This document shows, one piece after another, positions 19,701 through 28,863 of a stretch of 64,000 nucleotides of DNA. Position numbers and translations under genes: made by a program. Each line of letters begins with the position of its first letter. The stretch's first letter is position 1. The stretch is from a virus, in IMG/VR virus record IMGVR_UViG_3300033074_002003. One strand, given 5' to 3'. The notes beneath the pieces are model-generated. The model was not told the DNA's origin. It ran no database searches and worked only from the letters and a program-made list of their open reading frames with translations.

Positions 19701-21297
19701 GGGCGTCAAGACAAGGATCACCGACAAGGGAATTATTTCCACCAATGTTCCCAACGAACCGTCTTCATTTGACACGGACGTTCAGCTTGGAGACGGCAAG
19801 TTCGGTGCGATTCTTAGTACTGTTCGCACAGTTGCCACGACAGTTAACACAGCAATGATCTGTGGCGACTCTATGACTCGCGGCGGTGCTGTTGCAATGG
19901 ACGATACGACGTTGGCATGGCGTGGTCCGTTCTGGGACTATATTCAGAACTACGGATCTGGCCTTAAGCTGCTTGGACAAACAGTCGGTGGACTCTACTG
20001 GATTTCTACGTCGGCAAAAGGCGGGTGCGTCAAGCTCGGTGATTGGCACTGTTCAGCGACAGGTGGCCATACGTTGGCACAGATCAATACCGCGGCGGGT
20101 GTCGAGGAAGCCGCCACAGGCGCGGCAGATTGCTACTTGTTGCTCGGTGGCGAGAATGATAATGACGGGTCAGCTGGTTGCGTCGCCGCGATCCTCGCTG
20201 GGATCAACGCCTTCATCGTGGCACGCAAGACAGCAAATCCAAATTGCGTAATTCTTGTCGGCGATCTCACCTTCCACGCCAGCCCACTTGCTAGTTTTGC
20301 TAACAAAAACACACGACGCGACGCCGTAAACGCACAGCTCACGGCATCAATTGCGCAGCTCGGGTATCAGGGCGTCTATGTGGTCGCGTGCGGTTCACTC
20401 CTGACTTCAGCACATCTTGCTTCTGATGGCCAGCACCCGAATGGCGCGGGGTATGCGTTGATTGGCCGCGCATTTGCAGAGGCATTCGTACGCTATTGCA
20501 ATCTCCCAGGACTCTCTGGTAACCGTCCACCGTACTTTCGCAAGGCGAAAGCGCGACTCTCAATCACAGCGACAGATAACACGGCGAACGCGAACATCAC
20601 ATCGAGCGGATCTGACGGACTACTTCCGGCGGGCAACGAATCATGGTCGTTCGGTCTCGTCTTCCAACCGACAGACCTAACGAGCGCGTCTCAGCAGCGT
20701 GTGGTTAGTATCGGCGCAACATTCGCGACGGGCATATATCTTTTTTCAGAGCGTGGCTCGGGTGATTCGACAGGACGATCGCTATCACTTTACATCGCGG
20801 GTGTCGGTTACAGCGTAGCCAACGAGGCGCTGAAACTTAACAAATGGACGGCGATTACTGTCTCATATGACGCTGTTCGAACAGAGTTGACGATCTATGC
20901 CTATCGCGAAGGCGGTACGGGTGCTAACGGTAAGCCTGTGTCGTCGTGTGTATCTCTGTACCGAGGCGTGCCAACTCTAGCCCTTTCCCTCGGCGCGGGG
21001 GTCATCTCGTTTGGCTGGAATGCGAGTTATACTGTCGTGTCGAAGGGGCTAAAGGGAGATTTCTGGATCGCGCGAGGTCATGTTGCGACAGAAGCTGAAG
21101 CTGCTGCATTCTACTTGGAGGGTGAACTCCCACAGGGTGTCACTGCTTACTACCCAATGGACGACGGTACAGGAACCGCGCTCGCTGTACCTGCTGGATT
21201 TACGGCACTTCCCGCTGGTGTGATCAGTGGCGCTGGTGTGTCGTGGAGCGCTGCTGCGGCTGTTGCTGAGCCCTGGCATCGCGAGGCTGACGCGTAA
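19699..21297 (+). CDS. SGNH/GDSL hydrolase with C-terminal concanavalin/LamG-like region
   Basis: blocks I ICGDSMTRG, III GGENDND, V DGQHPN; RBS TAGGAGAC before ATGGGC. Confidence 0.65.
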   Translation: MGVKTRITDKGIISTNVPNEPSSFDTDVQLGDGKFGAILSTVRTVATTVNTAMICGDSMTRGGAVAMDDTTLAWRGPFWDYIQNYGSGLKLLGQTVGGLYWISTSAKGGCVKLGDWHCSATGGHTLAQINTAAGVEEAATGAADCYLLLGGENDNDGSAGCVAAILAGINAFIVARKTANPNCVILVGDLTFHASPLASFANKNTRRDAVNAQLTASIAQLGYQGVYVVACGSLLTSAHLASDGQHPNGAGYALIGRAFAEAFVRYCNLPGLSGNRPPYFRKAKARLSITATDNTANANITSSGSDGLLPAGNESWSFGLVFQPTDLTSASQQRVVSIGATFATGIYLFSERGSGDSTGRSLSLYIAGVGYSVANEALKLNKWTAITVSYDAVRTELTIYAYREGGTGANGKPVSSCVSLYRGVPTLALSLGAGVISFGWNASYTVVSKGLKGDFWIARGHVATEAEAAAFYLEGELPQGVTAYYPMDDGTGTALAVPAGFTALPAGVISGAGVSWSAAAAVAEPWHREADA

Positions 21298-21385
21298 AAG
21301 CCTCGTCATGAGCTGGATGCCGTGCGGCACACTGTAAATTCTCTCTTCACCCCCTATAGTGACACACAGACAGGTAGGGTGTGAC

Positions 21386-21952
21386 ATGGGTAGTAGCAGC
21401 CGGAGACTCAGTGAAACATACTCTGCGCCTCCTGCAGGGCAACTAGCGGCTGTACCCGTCACACCGCCCACACCCGTAATGCCCAGGCGCTTCGCGGGAC
21501 CAAAGAGCCCACACGATCTCATTCAGGAGCGCTACCCACACGACGGTTGGGCAGTCCTCGTGTGCTGTCTCATGCTCAACTGCACCACACGCGTGCAGAT
21601 GGAACGAGTGATCGGCCCGTTTCTGGAGAGGTGGCCCACTCCCTACGCGGTGCTGTCGGCCGGTTCTGACGAGATGGCCGAGGTCGTCCGCTCGCTCGGG
21701 TTCAAGAATCGCCGGACTGAGAGGATCAAGAGGCTGGCGGGAGATATCGTCGCGCTCGGCGACGGACCCATCACGAGCGAGAACGTTAGGTCTCTGCACG
21801 GCGTGGGCGAGTACGGAGCCCGAGCGTACGAGATCTTCTGCCTCGGCGTCCTAGGTGCAGAGCCACCCGAAGATCACAATCTCGTGAAGTACTACGAGTG
21901 GGCGCTCGCCAACCCCGACGCGTACGCTGCTGGATGGTCAGGTGACGTGTGA
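21386..21952 (+). CDS. HhH-GPD DNA glycosylase, MBD4/MIG-like (T:G / U:G mismatch glycosylase family)
   Basis: LHGVGEYGARAYEIFC closely matches MBD4 glycosylase-domain HhH motif LHGIGKYGNDSYRIFC; WAVLVCCLMLN; RBS GGTAGGG. Confidence 0.65.
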   Translation: MGSSSRRLSETYSAPPAGQLAAVPVTPPTPVMPRRFAGPKSPHDLIQERYPHDGWAVLVCCLMLNCTTRVQMERVIGPFLERWPTPYAVLSAGSDEMAEVVRSLGFKNRRTERIKRLAGDIVALGDGPITSENVRSLHGVGEYGARAYEIFCLGVLGAEPPEDHNLVKYYEWALANPDAYAAGWSGDV

Positions 21953-23671
21953 CGCGACCCAGTCGGGATTGTCCGCGCGCCACAGTTTAGCGTCCTCGTC
22001 ATCTGATGTCGCGTCGACGTCAGTGAAGGTCATCGTCTTCTCGTCCCACAGTACTAGCCCGGCTCCGCCGTCGAGGCGCGCAGACCAGACGACCGCCCAC
22101 CCTCTCCACGTATAGAACTCCGAATCGAGCAGGCTGTCAGACTCGTCGTCCCACACGCCCGAGAGGTGCTGTTCGAGGGACTGGAACGCGTCTGGGAACT
22201 GCGACTCGAAGTCTCTCATCGACATTTCGACGGCCGACTCAGAACCCGCGGGAACGTCCTCAGAGTGCGGGGGAAGCTCGGGTTTCTCCCTGCTGTCGAA
22301 CTCATCGGGATCGATGATCGGCTGTGAGATCGCTGCGGTGCCAGCAGAGTGGAACGAGCGTGAGATCACCTCATCTGACAGCCAGACAGCCCTGCGCTCG
22401 TCCCACGCGAGCGTGATGTGCGGGCGCTCGTGCGACCTGTGTTCCGGTTCGGCGCGCGATGCCGACCAGTCGCTCGTCTGAGGTAGCAGGGCGTCTTCCT
22501 CGCGCACGACGCTAGCGTAGAGGTGTCCGTCGTCGCCCGCGAAGAAATCGGGCTCGACTGCATAGTACGCGAGCTTCGCGCCCTCATCGCCCGCACTCTT
22601 TCGCTCGCTCACCGCGTCTGCCCACGAACCGAGCCACGCTCGCCAGGCCGCAGGGAACCTGCGCTCTACGTCGTCTGCCCACAGTCGCTGCGTCCCGGGC
22701 GGGATGGTGATCTGTTCGGTGGTGGGCGCAGAATAGAGGTCTTCTGAGAGGAGAGCGCGAAGTGTCTTCTTCGTCTCGAGAAGACGAACAATTTTCGTGA
22801 GAAGCTTTAGGTGCTGTGGGTTGATGTCGGCGGAATTTTTTTCTTGCGCCTCGTCAGTCTGTACGAGCAATCTCTTTGCGACTTCAGCGCTGTCGCGATT
22901 GTAAGCGTTGCTATACAAGTACCTCAGGTCGTACATCAGATATATCTCGTTGCCGCTTTCAGATTTTATCACGGCCTGCTTGTTGTCGATACTGATGACG
23001 ACATACACTCCGTTCGGAACCTTGCTCGCGACTTGATCTGGGCGTCCAAATGTTTGTTCGGCCCACCTGCCGCCCTTAGCGACCCACTCTTTGTATGCAC
23101 CGGGATAAATTTCAAATCCACCAGGATAGCACGTTGGGATATTTTCGTCGGGACTCAACTGGATGCGCATGCAGCGCCACTTGTATCCTTCGATGAAAAT
23201 CTTGTCGCCCGCTGATATGTGCGATTCGATGTTTGCGATCGTCGGTTTCTTGAACTGAAATTTTTCTTTCTTTCCCTGGACGCTCGCGTGCGCTTTTTTC
23301 GCAACTTCGAACCCGCGCGCCGTAAGCTGAAATTGGGCGCGCGCTCTGTTCTGTGGCGCCCACCACCACACTTGTTCACCATCGTTGTTATTTGTGCGAA
23401 AATCACTTTCGTTGTAACCACGAAATCGTAATTTCCCGCCCATCGGCCAGTATGCAAATAGATCGCCCATTTGTCCCACGGACCCGCGCCAAGCCACAAC
23501 AGCATTTCTGATCTCTTCTTTCGTTGCGGGACCGTGGTTCGCAAGGAAGACAGCGATAAATTCAGGAATAGAGATCGCCCCCTTGGGTACCGTCTCCCAG
23601 GCACGTTTTATCTCTTCTTCGCTCTCGCGGATGACGCGCGCGGCAAACTCTCGTATGATCTCTCTTGACAT
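21938..23671 (-). CDS. large hypothetical protein (about 577 aa)
   Basis: coherent translation from MSREIIREF; convergent with glycosylase gene. Confidence 0.5.
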   Translation of the reverse strand: MSREIIREFAARVIRESEEEIKRAWETVPKGAISIPEFIAVFLANHGPATKEEIRNAVVAWRGSVGQMGDLFAYWPMGGKLRFRGYNESDFRTNNNDGEQVWWWAPQNRARAQFQLTARGFEVAKKAHASVQGKKEKFQFKKPTIANIESHISAGDKIFIEGYKWRCMRIQLSPDENIPTCYPGGFEIYPGAYKEWVAKGGRWAEQTFGRPDQVASKVPNGVYVVISIDNKQAVIKSESGNEIYLMYDLRYLYSNAYNRDSAEVAKRLLVQTDEAQEKNSADINPQHLKLLTKIVRLLETKKTLRALLSEDLYSAPTTEQITIPPGTQRLWADDVERRFPAAWRAWLGSWADAVSERKSAGDEGAKLAYYAVEPDFFAGDDGHLYASVVREEDALLPQTSDWSASRAEPEHRSHERPHITLAWDERRAVWLSDEVISRSFHSAGTAAISQPIIDPDEFDSREKPELPPHSEDVPAGSESAVEMSMRDFESQFPDAFQSLEQHLSGVWDDESDSLLDSEFYTWRGWAVVWSARLDGGAGLVLWDEKTMTFTDVDATSDDEDAKLWRADNPDWVASHVT

Positions 23672-23747
23672 CGTGTGGATGACACTAAGTATCCCGAGAA
23701 TCCCACCGACACATCGATACTTAAATTTGTAGGGGCTCACAATCCCG

Positions 23748-24035
23748 GTGCGACACATGAAAGTATCAGCAGTGCCGAAGATAGCCACCAAGAATCCCAT
23801 TGATGGTTCGACCAAATTGGAGCTTCACATCTCACACCAACCAGACATCCAGAAGGGCGGCGCTCGCCTCATCGACTTCAGCGAGAGAAAGTTGAAGAAG
23901 ATCCTGAAGGGCCTCTTCTCCTCTGAGAAGCGCACACAGGTCGCTAACCTCATAGACAAGTATGTCGCTGGGCGCGCTGCTGTCGGCTGGAAGGGCGGTG
24001 CCCCCGTCTACGTTGACGTTCAGAAAGAGCGATGA
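23748..24035 (+). CDS. hypothetical protein (possible partner of downstream zinc-finger protein)
   Basis: ATGA coupled to 24032 gene; upstream TTGACA/TAAGTAT sigma70-like elements. Confidence 0.4.
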   Translation: MRHMKVSAVPKIATKNPIDGSTKLELHISHQPDIQKGGARLIDFSERKLKKILKGLFSSEKRTQVANLIDKYVAGRAAVGWKGGAPVYVDVQKER

Positions 24036-24250
24036 CCCGCAAGGTAACGCTGACGCACCTCGCACCGTGTAAATCGTGTTCGCGGGGGAAATTCGTCACA
24101 ATGTGGGGTCGCGGGCGATCACTGGTCTCGGGTGACAAGGTCCTGGTGATCCCGAACGGGATGCCCGTTCGGACGTGCGATGCTTGCGGCGAAATGCTGC
24201 TCGACGGCGACGAGATGAAATACCTCGAGGACGAAAATCGCGGGTTTTGA
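24032..24250 (+). CDS. YgiT/MqsA-type zinc-finger protein
   Basis: C.KSC...G.F......G.S..V..VP...C..CGE...D..E pattern typical of YgiT-type zinc ribbon. Confidence 0.45.
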   Translation: MTRKVTLTHLAPCKSCSRGKFVTMWGRGRSLVSGDKVLVIPNGMPVRTCDACGEMLLDGDEMKYLEDENRGF

Positions 24251-24289
24251 TGTTTGAACTTTGCTGAGCTCGCGCCGTATATTTGCGGA

Positions 24290-25906
24290 ATGAGCACAGA
24301 TTCTCTCTACACGGGTCGCAAGGTCGTTCTTCTTGGTGATGAGGCGCGGGCGGGACTCGTCGCCGGCCTCTCACTCCTTGCTGGAGCAGTCGCATGCACG
24401 CTCGGTCCGAAGGGCAAGTGTGTCCTCATTCAGTCGCAGGATTCAGGACCGCTCGTGACGAAGGACGGCGTCTCTGTCGCTCGTTCAATCTCCCTTCGCG
24501 ACCCGGCGATGCGCGCGGGTGCTGACCTGATCAGGGAGGCCTCACAGCGCACGGCAGACGTCGCGGGCGACGGGACGACAACTGCAACTGTGCTCGCACA
24601 CGCGATGGTGATCGAGGGGCTCGCGGCGATCAACAAGAAGAGCAATCCTGTCTCTGTGAAGAAGGGGATCGATATCGCGGTAGACGCCGTCGTCGCGGAG
24701 CTGAAGAGGAGCTCGAGGAACATCGACGCAGAGCACCTCCTGAAGCAGGTCGCGACGATCTCAGCGAACGGTGACGAGGCGATCGGCCTGCTCATCGCCC
24801 AAGCCGTGAAGAAGATGGGAGACGCGGGCGTCATCACCGTCGAGGAGGCGCGAGGGTCGACCGCCACGACCCTCGAGTTCGTCGAAGGCCTCCAGTTCGG
24901 GTGTGGGTGGATGAACTCTTACTTCGCGACGAACACGGACAAGATGGTCGCGGAGCTACTAAACCCGCTCGTGCTCCTCTGCGATCAGAGAGTCTCGACG
25001 TCGAGCGACCTGAGACCCGCACTCGAGGCCGCGCACAAGTCCGGTCGCCCGCTCCTCATCATCGCCGAAGACGTCGAGGGCGAAGCCCTGCAAACACTTA
25101 TCGTGAACAAAGTGAAGGGCCTGCTACAAATCTGCGCCGTGAAGGCACCCGGATGGGGAACCGCCCGCGCAGAACTCCTCAACGACATGGCGACCCTCAC
25201 GGGCGCGAGGGTCGTGTCGCCAGCGACGGGCCTCAAGATCACTGACGTTCGCCTCGAGCACATGGGCTCTGCGGAGCGCGCGACATCAGACAAGGCGACA
25301 ACGACGATTGTGGGAGACGGAAAGACTGTCGACGCGATCTCTGGACGCGTGACAGAACTTCGCGAGCGACTCGCCGTCCCTTCGCTCACGTCAGAAGAGC
25401 GATCGCAGCTTATCGAGAGGATCGGAAAGCTCTCGGCGGGCGCCGCTGTCATTCGCGTGGGCGGGTTGACGGAGGTCGAGGTGCGAGAGCGAAAGGATCG
25501 CGTCGATGACGCTGTCTGCGCGACGAGGGCGGCTCTGGAGGAGGGCATCGTTCCGGGCGGGGGCACCGCTCTGGCGCGGGCCTCTGGGTGCCTCGCAGAA
25601 ATTATTTCGGGCGAAACGAACAGGGACATCAGGACGGGATGCGAAATTGTCCGAGCGGCGTGCCTCGCGCCCATCAGACAGATCGCCTCGAACGCTGGTG
25701 TGTCACCTGACGTCGTCTCGGAACGGTCGCTTCACCCGGCGAACGCGCCTTTCTGGGGCTGGGACGCGGCGAGCGGAGACTGGCGCGACCTCGGCAAGGC
25801 GGGCATCATCGATCCGACGAAGGTGACGCGCACGGCACTTCAACACGCCGCGTCCGTCGCGGGCGTATTCCTGACGCTGGACGCCGTCGTCCTCGACGAG
25901 GTCTGA
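24290..25906 (+). CDS. groEL: GroEL/Cpn60-like chaperonin
   Basis: LGPKG, VTKDGVSVA, DVAGDGTTTATVLA, GGG.AL; 538 aa. Confidence 0.9.
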   Translation: MSTDSLYTGRKVVLLGDEARAGLVAGLSLLAGAVACTLGPKGKCVLIQSQDSGPLVTKDGVSVARSISLRDPAMRAGADLIREASQRTADVAGDGTTTATVLAHAMVIEGLAAINKKSNPVSVKKGIDIAVDAVVAELKRSSRNIDAEHLLKQVATISANGDEAIGLLIAQAVKKMGDAGVITVEEARGSTATTLEFVEGLQFGCGWMNSYFATNTDKMVAELLNPLVLLCDQRVSTSSDLRPALEAAHKSGRPLLIIAEDVEGEALQTLIVNKVKGLLQICAVKAPGWGTARAELLNDMATLTGARVVSPATGLKITDVRLEHMGSAERATSDKATTTIVGDGKTVDAISGRVTELRERLAVPSLTSEERSQLIERIGKLSAGAAVIRVGGLTEVEVRERKDRVDDAVCATRAALEEGIVPGGGTALARASGCLAEIISGETNRDIRTGCEIVRAACLAPIRQIASNAGVSPDVVSERSLHPANAPFWGWDAASGDWRDLGKAGIIDPTKVTRTALQHAASVAGVFLTLDAVVLDEV

Positions 25907-26095
25907 TCAGTCGACGAGCGTCGACTCGTTCACCTGGATCGCGTCAACGCGGAGGGGATGAACGCCCGTACGCTGCATGTCTACAATCACGACACCCTCA
26001 ACGTTGCCGCGTATGACAACACCCAGATCGTATGCTTTTCTATCCGTGGGAGATTTCCACAGGATGAGCGCGCCCATCTTCACTTCTCTGTGCAT
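25907..26095 (-). CDS. small hypothetical protein (possibly degenerate array-family member)
   Basis: KMGALILW...YDLGVVIRG resembles array core; overlaps 26040..26285. Confidence 0.3.
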   Translation of the reverse strand: MHREVKMGALILWKSPTDRKAYDLGVVIRGNVEGVVIVDMQRTGVHPLRVDAIQVNESTLVD

Positions 26096-26285
26096 CAGAG
26101 ATAACTAGGCGAGCGCCCTGATAAAGCGAACGGAGCCGCGCTCCGTCACTCGGGTAGATCTTCTCGAGGTGTGTCAGTGCGTGATCAGAGTAGCACTTGT
26201 CACACACCTCGCGACCGCAGACAGAACAGTCCCACCGGTCGCTCTCGTAGATGAGTTCGCTTCGACAGTTTCCGCACTTGACCAT
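26040..26285 (-). CDS. Cys-rich zinc-finger-like small protein
   Basis: CGNC...CSVCGREVCDKC pattern. Confidence 0.35.
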   Translation of the reverse strand: MVKCGNCRSELIYESDRWDCSVCGREVCDKCYSDHALTHLEKIYPSDGARLRSLYQGARLVISDAQRSEDGRAHPVEISHG

Positions 26286-26288
26286 CGT

Positions 26289-26558
26289 TCACTCTCCTGG
26301 AGCAATAAGCCTACACAGCTCTGATTTGAAGTGTCGGACGCGCAGTGCGTCAGACGTTACGATCGACACCATCTCGATTAACTGCACGCCGCCCCGCGCC
26401 TGAACGTGAGCGGTGATTTTGATCGGATCAAAGTCGAACTCGCCATCCCAAAAGTCGTGCTCGGCCTCTTGTATGTAGACTTCCGAAATTACACCAACCC
26501 AGTTCCCGCCCGCCACCTCGACGAGGTCACCGACCCTGAAACTTCGTCTTGCGCCTAC
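26289..26558 (-). CDS. array-family small protein (KOW/SH3-like motif FRVGDLVEVAGGNWVGVISEV)
   Basis: GTG start overlapping upstream stop (GTGA); canonical N-terminal motif. Confidence 0.5.
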   Translation of the reverse strand, partial: VGARRSFRVGDLVEVAGGNWVGVISEVYIQEAEHDFWDGEFDFDPIKITAHVQARGGVQLIEMVSIVTSDALRVRHFKSELCRLIAPGE

Positions 26559-26965
26559 TTTGAGGGTTCGCCGACGGGCCATGTCGTGTACTTCTGTTCG
26601 TTGCGCTTCGGTTCTGCGGTGGGCGCAGAACGCGCACCAGTGGGAACTCGCGTCCCGTTCGGGGGCGGCGAAATCTTCTTCTTCATGGCGTCGGGTATGA
26701 GGTAAACGATGAGGTCTTTCAGGTGTTCACCGACAGACGACATCACATCAATCGCAATCTCGCGAGTATCACCCTCGGGCAGCGTATCGCTTCCTGTCTT
26801 CTTCTTTGCGACGTCAGAAGCGATACGCCACACGAAATTCTGCAAGAGCTTCATCGTGTCCTCACCGACGAACGGAAACTTGTTTCTCAGGACTGCGGTC
26901 GACGTCGTCTCTTCTTTGAGGATTGTCGAGACGATTTCGCGGAGGACACTCTCTTCGATGCGCAT
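26555..26965 (-). CDS. hypothetical protein (non-family, inside array block)
   Basis: 136 aa coherent translation MRIEESVLREIV. Confidence 0.45.
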   Translation of the reverse strand: MRIEESVLREIVSTILKEETTSTAVLRNKFPFVGEDTMKLLQNFVWRIASDVAKKKTGSDTLPEGDTREIAIDVMSSVGEHLKDLIVYLIPDAMKKKISPPPNGTRVPTGARSAPTAEPKRNEQKYTTWPVGEPSK

Positions 26966-26985
26966 GCACCTAAATATGCGTCACA

Positions 26986-27375
26986 TCACCAGGGCTTGCC
27001 GCATGTCGGGCAGTTGTTGCTCGCCGCGTTCGGGCCGCGACCCGCGCGAGAACCGTGCGCACCGCGAAGGCGAAGCTCGTAGTTCGCGCGGCTCACGATC
27101 GCCCTGCCGACATTTGCGACAGCGGGGTGGCGATCGTTCGAGAGCTGCGCGCCCACGCGCTCCATGTCAGCGTGCGTCAGCGTGTGATCGACGTCAGAGC
27201 GGACGCGTGTCGCCTCGTCGAGGACGGCGACGATCACCGTGAGCAGATCGCCCGAGGGCGCCGGCCGACCAGCGAGGTAGCGCCAGCAGATCGAGTGCCA
27301 GTGAGAGGGCCGCGTGCACACGTCAGTGACGAGCTGTGCGATGGTCTGTGAGCTTGGTTGATAATAATTCGCCAT
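26986..27375 (-). CDS. hypothetical protein with C-terminal CPTCGKPW (non-family)
   Basis: ATG MANYYQ 6 nt downstream of extended -10 TGGTATAAT (leaderless). Confidence 0.45.
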   Translation of the reverse strand: MANYYQPSSQTIAQLVTDVCTRPSHWHSICWRYLAGRPAPSGDLLTVIVAVLDEATRVRSDVDHTLTHADMERVGAQLSNDRHPAVANVGRAIVSRANYELRLRGAHGSRAGRGPNAASNNCPTCGKPW

Positions 27376-27381
27376 GCGCAG

Positions 27382-27390
27382 ATTATACCA
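27382..27390 (-). promoter_or_regulatory. extended -10 promoter TGGTATAAT driving leaderless 26986..27375
   Basis: minus-strand TGTGGTATAATctgcgcATG. Confidence 0.45.
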
Positions 27391-27406
27391 CAGGCAGAGA
27401 ATTTGT

Positions 27407-27595
27407 TCACTCAACAATGACACGCACGAGGTCATCTCGCAGGGCGATAAGCATTGTGGTGCGCGTCTTCGGACAGTACGCGTCACAGATAAGCCGGTCA
27501 GCTGTCTCGTGCTTGTCGCGCCAGGTGCGCAGGACGACGAATATGTTGCCCGTGACCGTGCCTCGAATGAGGCTACCTACCCGAGCGCTCTCCAT
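27407..27595 (-). CDS. array-family small protein (divergent; ends LVRVIVE)
   Basis: ARVGSLIRG motif; start ambiguous. Confidence 0.4.
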   Translation of the reverse strand: MESARVGSLIRGTVTGNIFVVLRTWRDKHETADRLICDAYCPKTRTTMLIALRDDLVRVIVE

Positions 27596-27839
27596 TTCGA
27601 GAACTAACTACCACTTCAGCGAAGGCGCTCCCACTCAGGACAAAAATCTCGCGCCTGAAGTTGGAAAACAGGCCACTCACCCCGGGTGCCAGCCCGTACG
27701 ACATATTTCCGATCCAGAATACTCGGACGGGATCGCTGTCCGTAACGACGCCGAGCTCGGAATCGTCATCTGGCATCGAGAGGTGCGCGCTCGCGTCCGA
27801 GAGCACGAGGTCTCCCACACGAACGTGTCGAGGCGTCAT
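27573..27839 (-). CDS. array-family small protein
   Basis: MTPRHVRVGDLVL; ATGA overlap with upstream stop. Confidence 0.55.
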   Translation of the reverse strand: MTPRHVRVGDLVLSDASAHLSMPDDDSELGVVTDSDPVRVFWIGNMSYGLAPGVSGLFSNFRREIFVLSGSAFAEVVVSSRNGERSGR

Positions 27840-28051
27840 CGAGTTATCTTCCACCACTTTGCGACCCCCTCGCTCGAAGCTAGAGACGAATACATGACAC
27901 CGCCCATCGCGCACATCGAATCTATCCAGACAATCTCAAATTCGGCCTTCTCAACGCCCTCGACATCGCTGCGTACGAGCTTCACGACGACGCCCAGCTC
28001 GTTGTCAAACCCATCGAGGATGAGGTCACCGACCCGTAGGGTGTCGTTCAC
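27836..28051 (-). CDS. array-family small protein
   Basis: MNDTLRVGDLILDGFDNELGVVV. Confidence 0.55.
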   Translation of the reverse strand: MNDTLRVGDLILDGFDNELGVVVKLVRSDVEGVEKAEFEIVWIDSMCAMGGVMYSSLASSEGVAKWWKITR

Positions 28052-28065
28052 CCGCGGATCATACG

Positions 28066-28260
28066 CTACTCGTCGCGATTGTTACTGCCCCTCATCGCGG
28101 CGACCGAGACAGACGCCCTGATGTCCGCCTCATCGCTCTCACTTTCGCACACGTGATTGACAGTGGGACCCATCACCCACACGAGCGATCGAGTGCCAGG
28201 TGATGGGACGGGTACCCAACCAGCTCGTGTGGGATCGAATTCGGCAGCGGCTGATTTCAT
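28066..28260 (-). CDS. small hypothetical protein (non-family insert)
   Basis: MKSAAAEFDP..; ATGA coupling to upstream family gene. Confidence 0.35.
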   Translation of the reverse strand: MKSAAAEFDPTRAGWVPVPSPGTRSLVWVMGPTVNHVCESESDEADIRASVSVAAMRGSNNRDE

Positions 28261-28454
28261 CTCGCGATCACCATATCTCTTCTGAAAACCACCATTGTGC
28301 ACAGGGAGTTTCCACAAACAAACGTGGCATCAAACTCCTCTTCAAGTGGATCGTAGTCAACCACAACACCGACATTGAATTCGCCGGTTGGCATATCGCG
28401 AGTCAAAATCAGGTCACCGATCCTGAAGCGCGGGACCAAGTTGGCGTGTGTCAT
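28257..28454 (-). CDS. array-family small protein
   Basis: FRIGDLILTRD...MVIAR; ATGA coupling. Confidence 0.55.
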   Translation of the reverse strand: MTHANLVPRFRIGDLILTRDMPTGEFNVGVVVDYDPLEEEFDATFVCGNSLCTMVVFRRDMVIAR

Positions 28455-28651
28455 CGCGCGATGATCCGATCCGATCCGATGATGGGCATGGACATCAACT
28501 TCCCACGCTCGACAAGGAACATACCGAGAGAATGCCGTCCCCAAATGTTGTCACGGTACGCGACACCGATTGTCTGCGAAGAGTCACCCGTCAGCACGAG
28601 GTCGCCGACACGCACTGTGTCGTCACCACGACAAATCTCGCGAACGATCAT
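28451..28651 (-). CDS. array-family small protein
   Basis: VRVGDLVLTGD...RIIAR; ATGA coupling. Confidence 0.6.
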   Translation of the reverse strand: MIVREICRGDDTVRVGDLVLTGDSSQTIGVAYRDNIWGRHSLGMFLVERGKLMSMPIIGSDRIIAR

Positions 28652-28863
28652 TTCGCGATCACCCGATCCGATTGAATGAGCGATAGTGCAGTGAACCCAT
28701 GAAAGTCCACGAACAGTGCCCTCGGCGTCGTTATTACTATTCGTAGAGCGTCAGCTCTGGGATTGGTGGCGTAGACAACGTGAGCGGTGACAACACCCAG
28801 CGATCCATCGCGGGTGGTCACAAGGTCTCCCACGCGAATCTCATCGTAGGTGTGCGCGCTCAT
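28648..28863 (-). CDS. array-family small protein
   Basis: IRVGDLVTTRDGSLGVV...RVIAK; ATGA coupling. Confidence 0.6.
   Translation of the reverse strand: MSAHTYDEIRVGDLVTTRDGSLGVVTAHVVYATNPRADALRIVITTPRALFVDFHGFTALSLIQSDRVIAK

Noticed and set aside
21938-23815. 625-aa version of the large minus-strand ORF
   Set aside because: First 48 codons are hydrophobic or low-complexity and overlap the divergent gene 23748..24035. The Met at 23671 gives a cleaner start.
24290-25906. Chromosomal (host) origin because of groEL
   Set aside because: The gene is surrounded by phage-type content (homing endonucleases, tail fibre, dense small coupled ORFs, phage tRNAs and tmRNA). No ribosomal or housekeeping neighbours and no groES.
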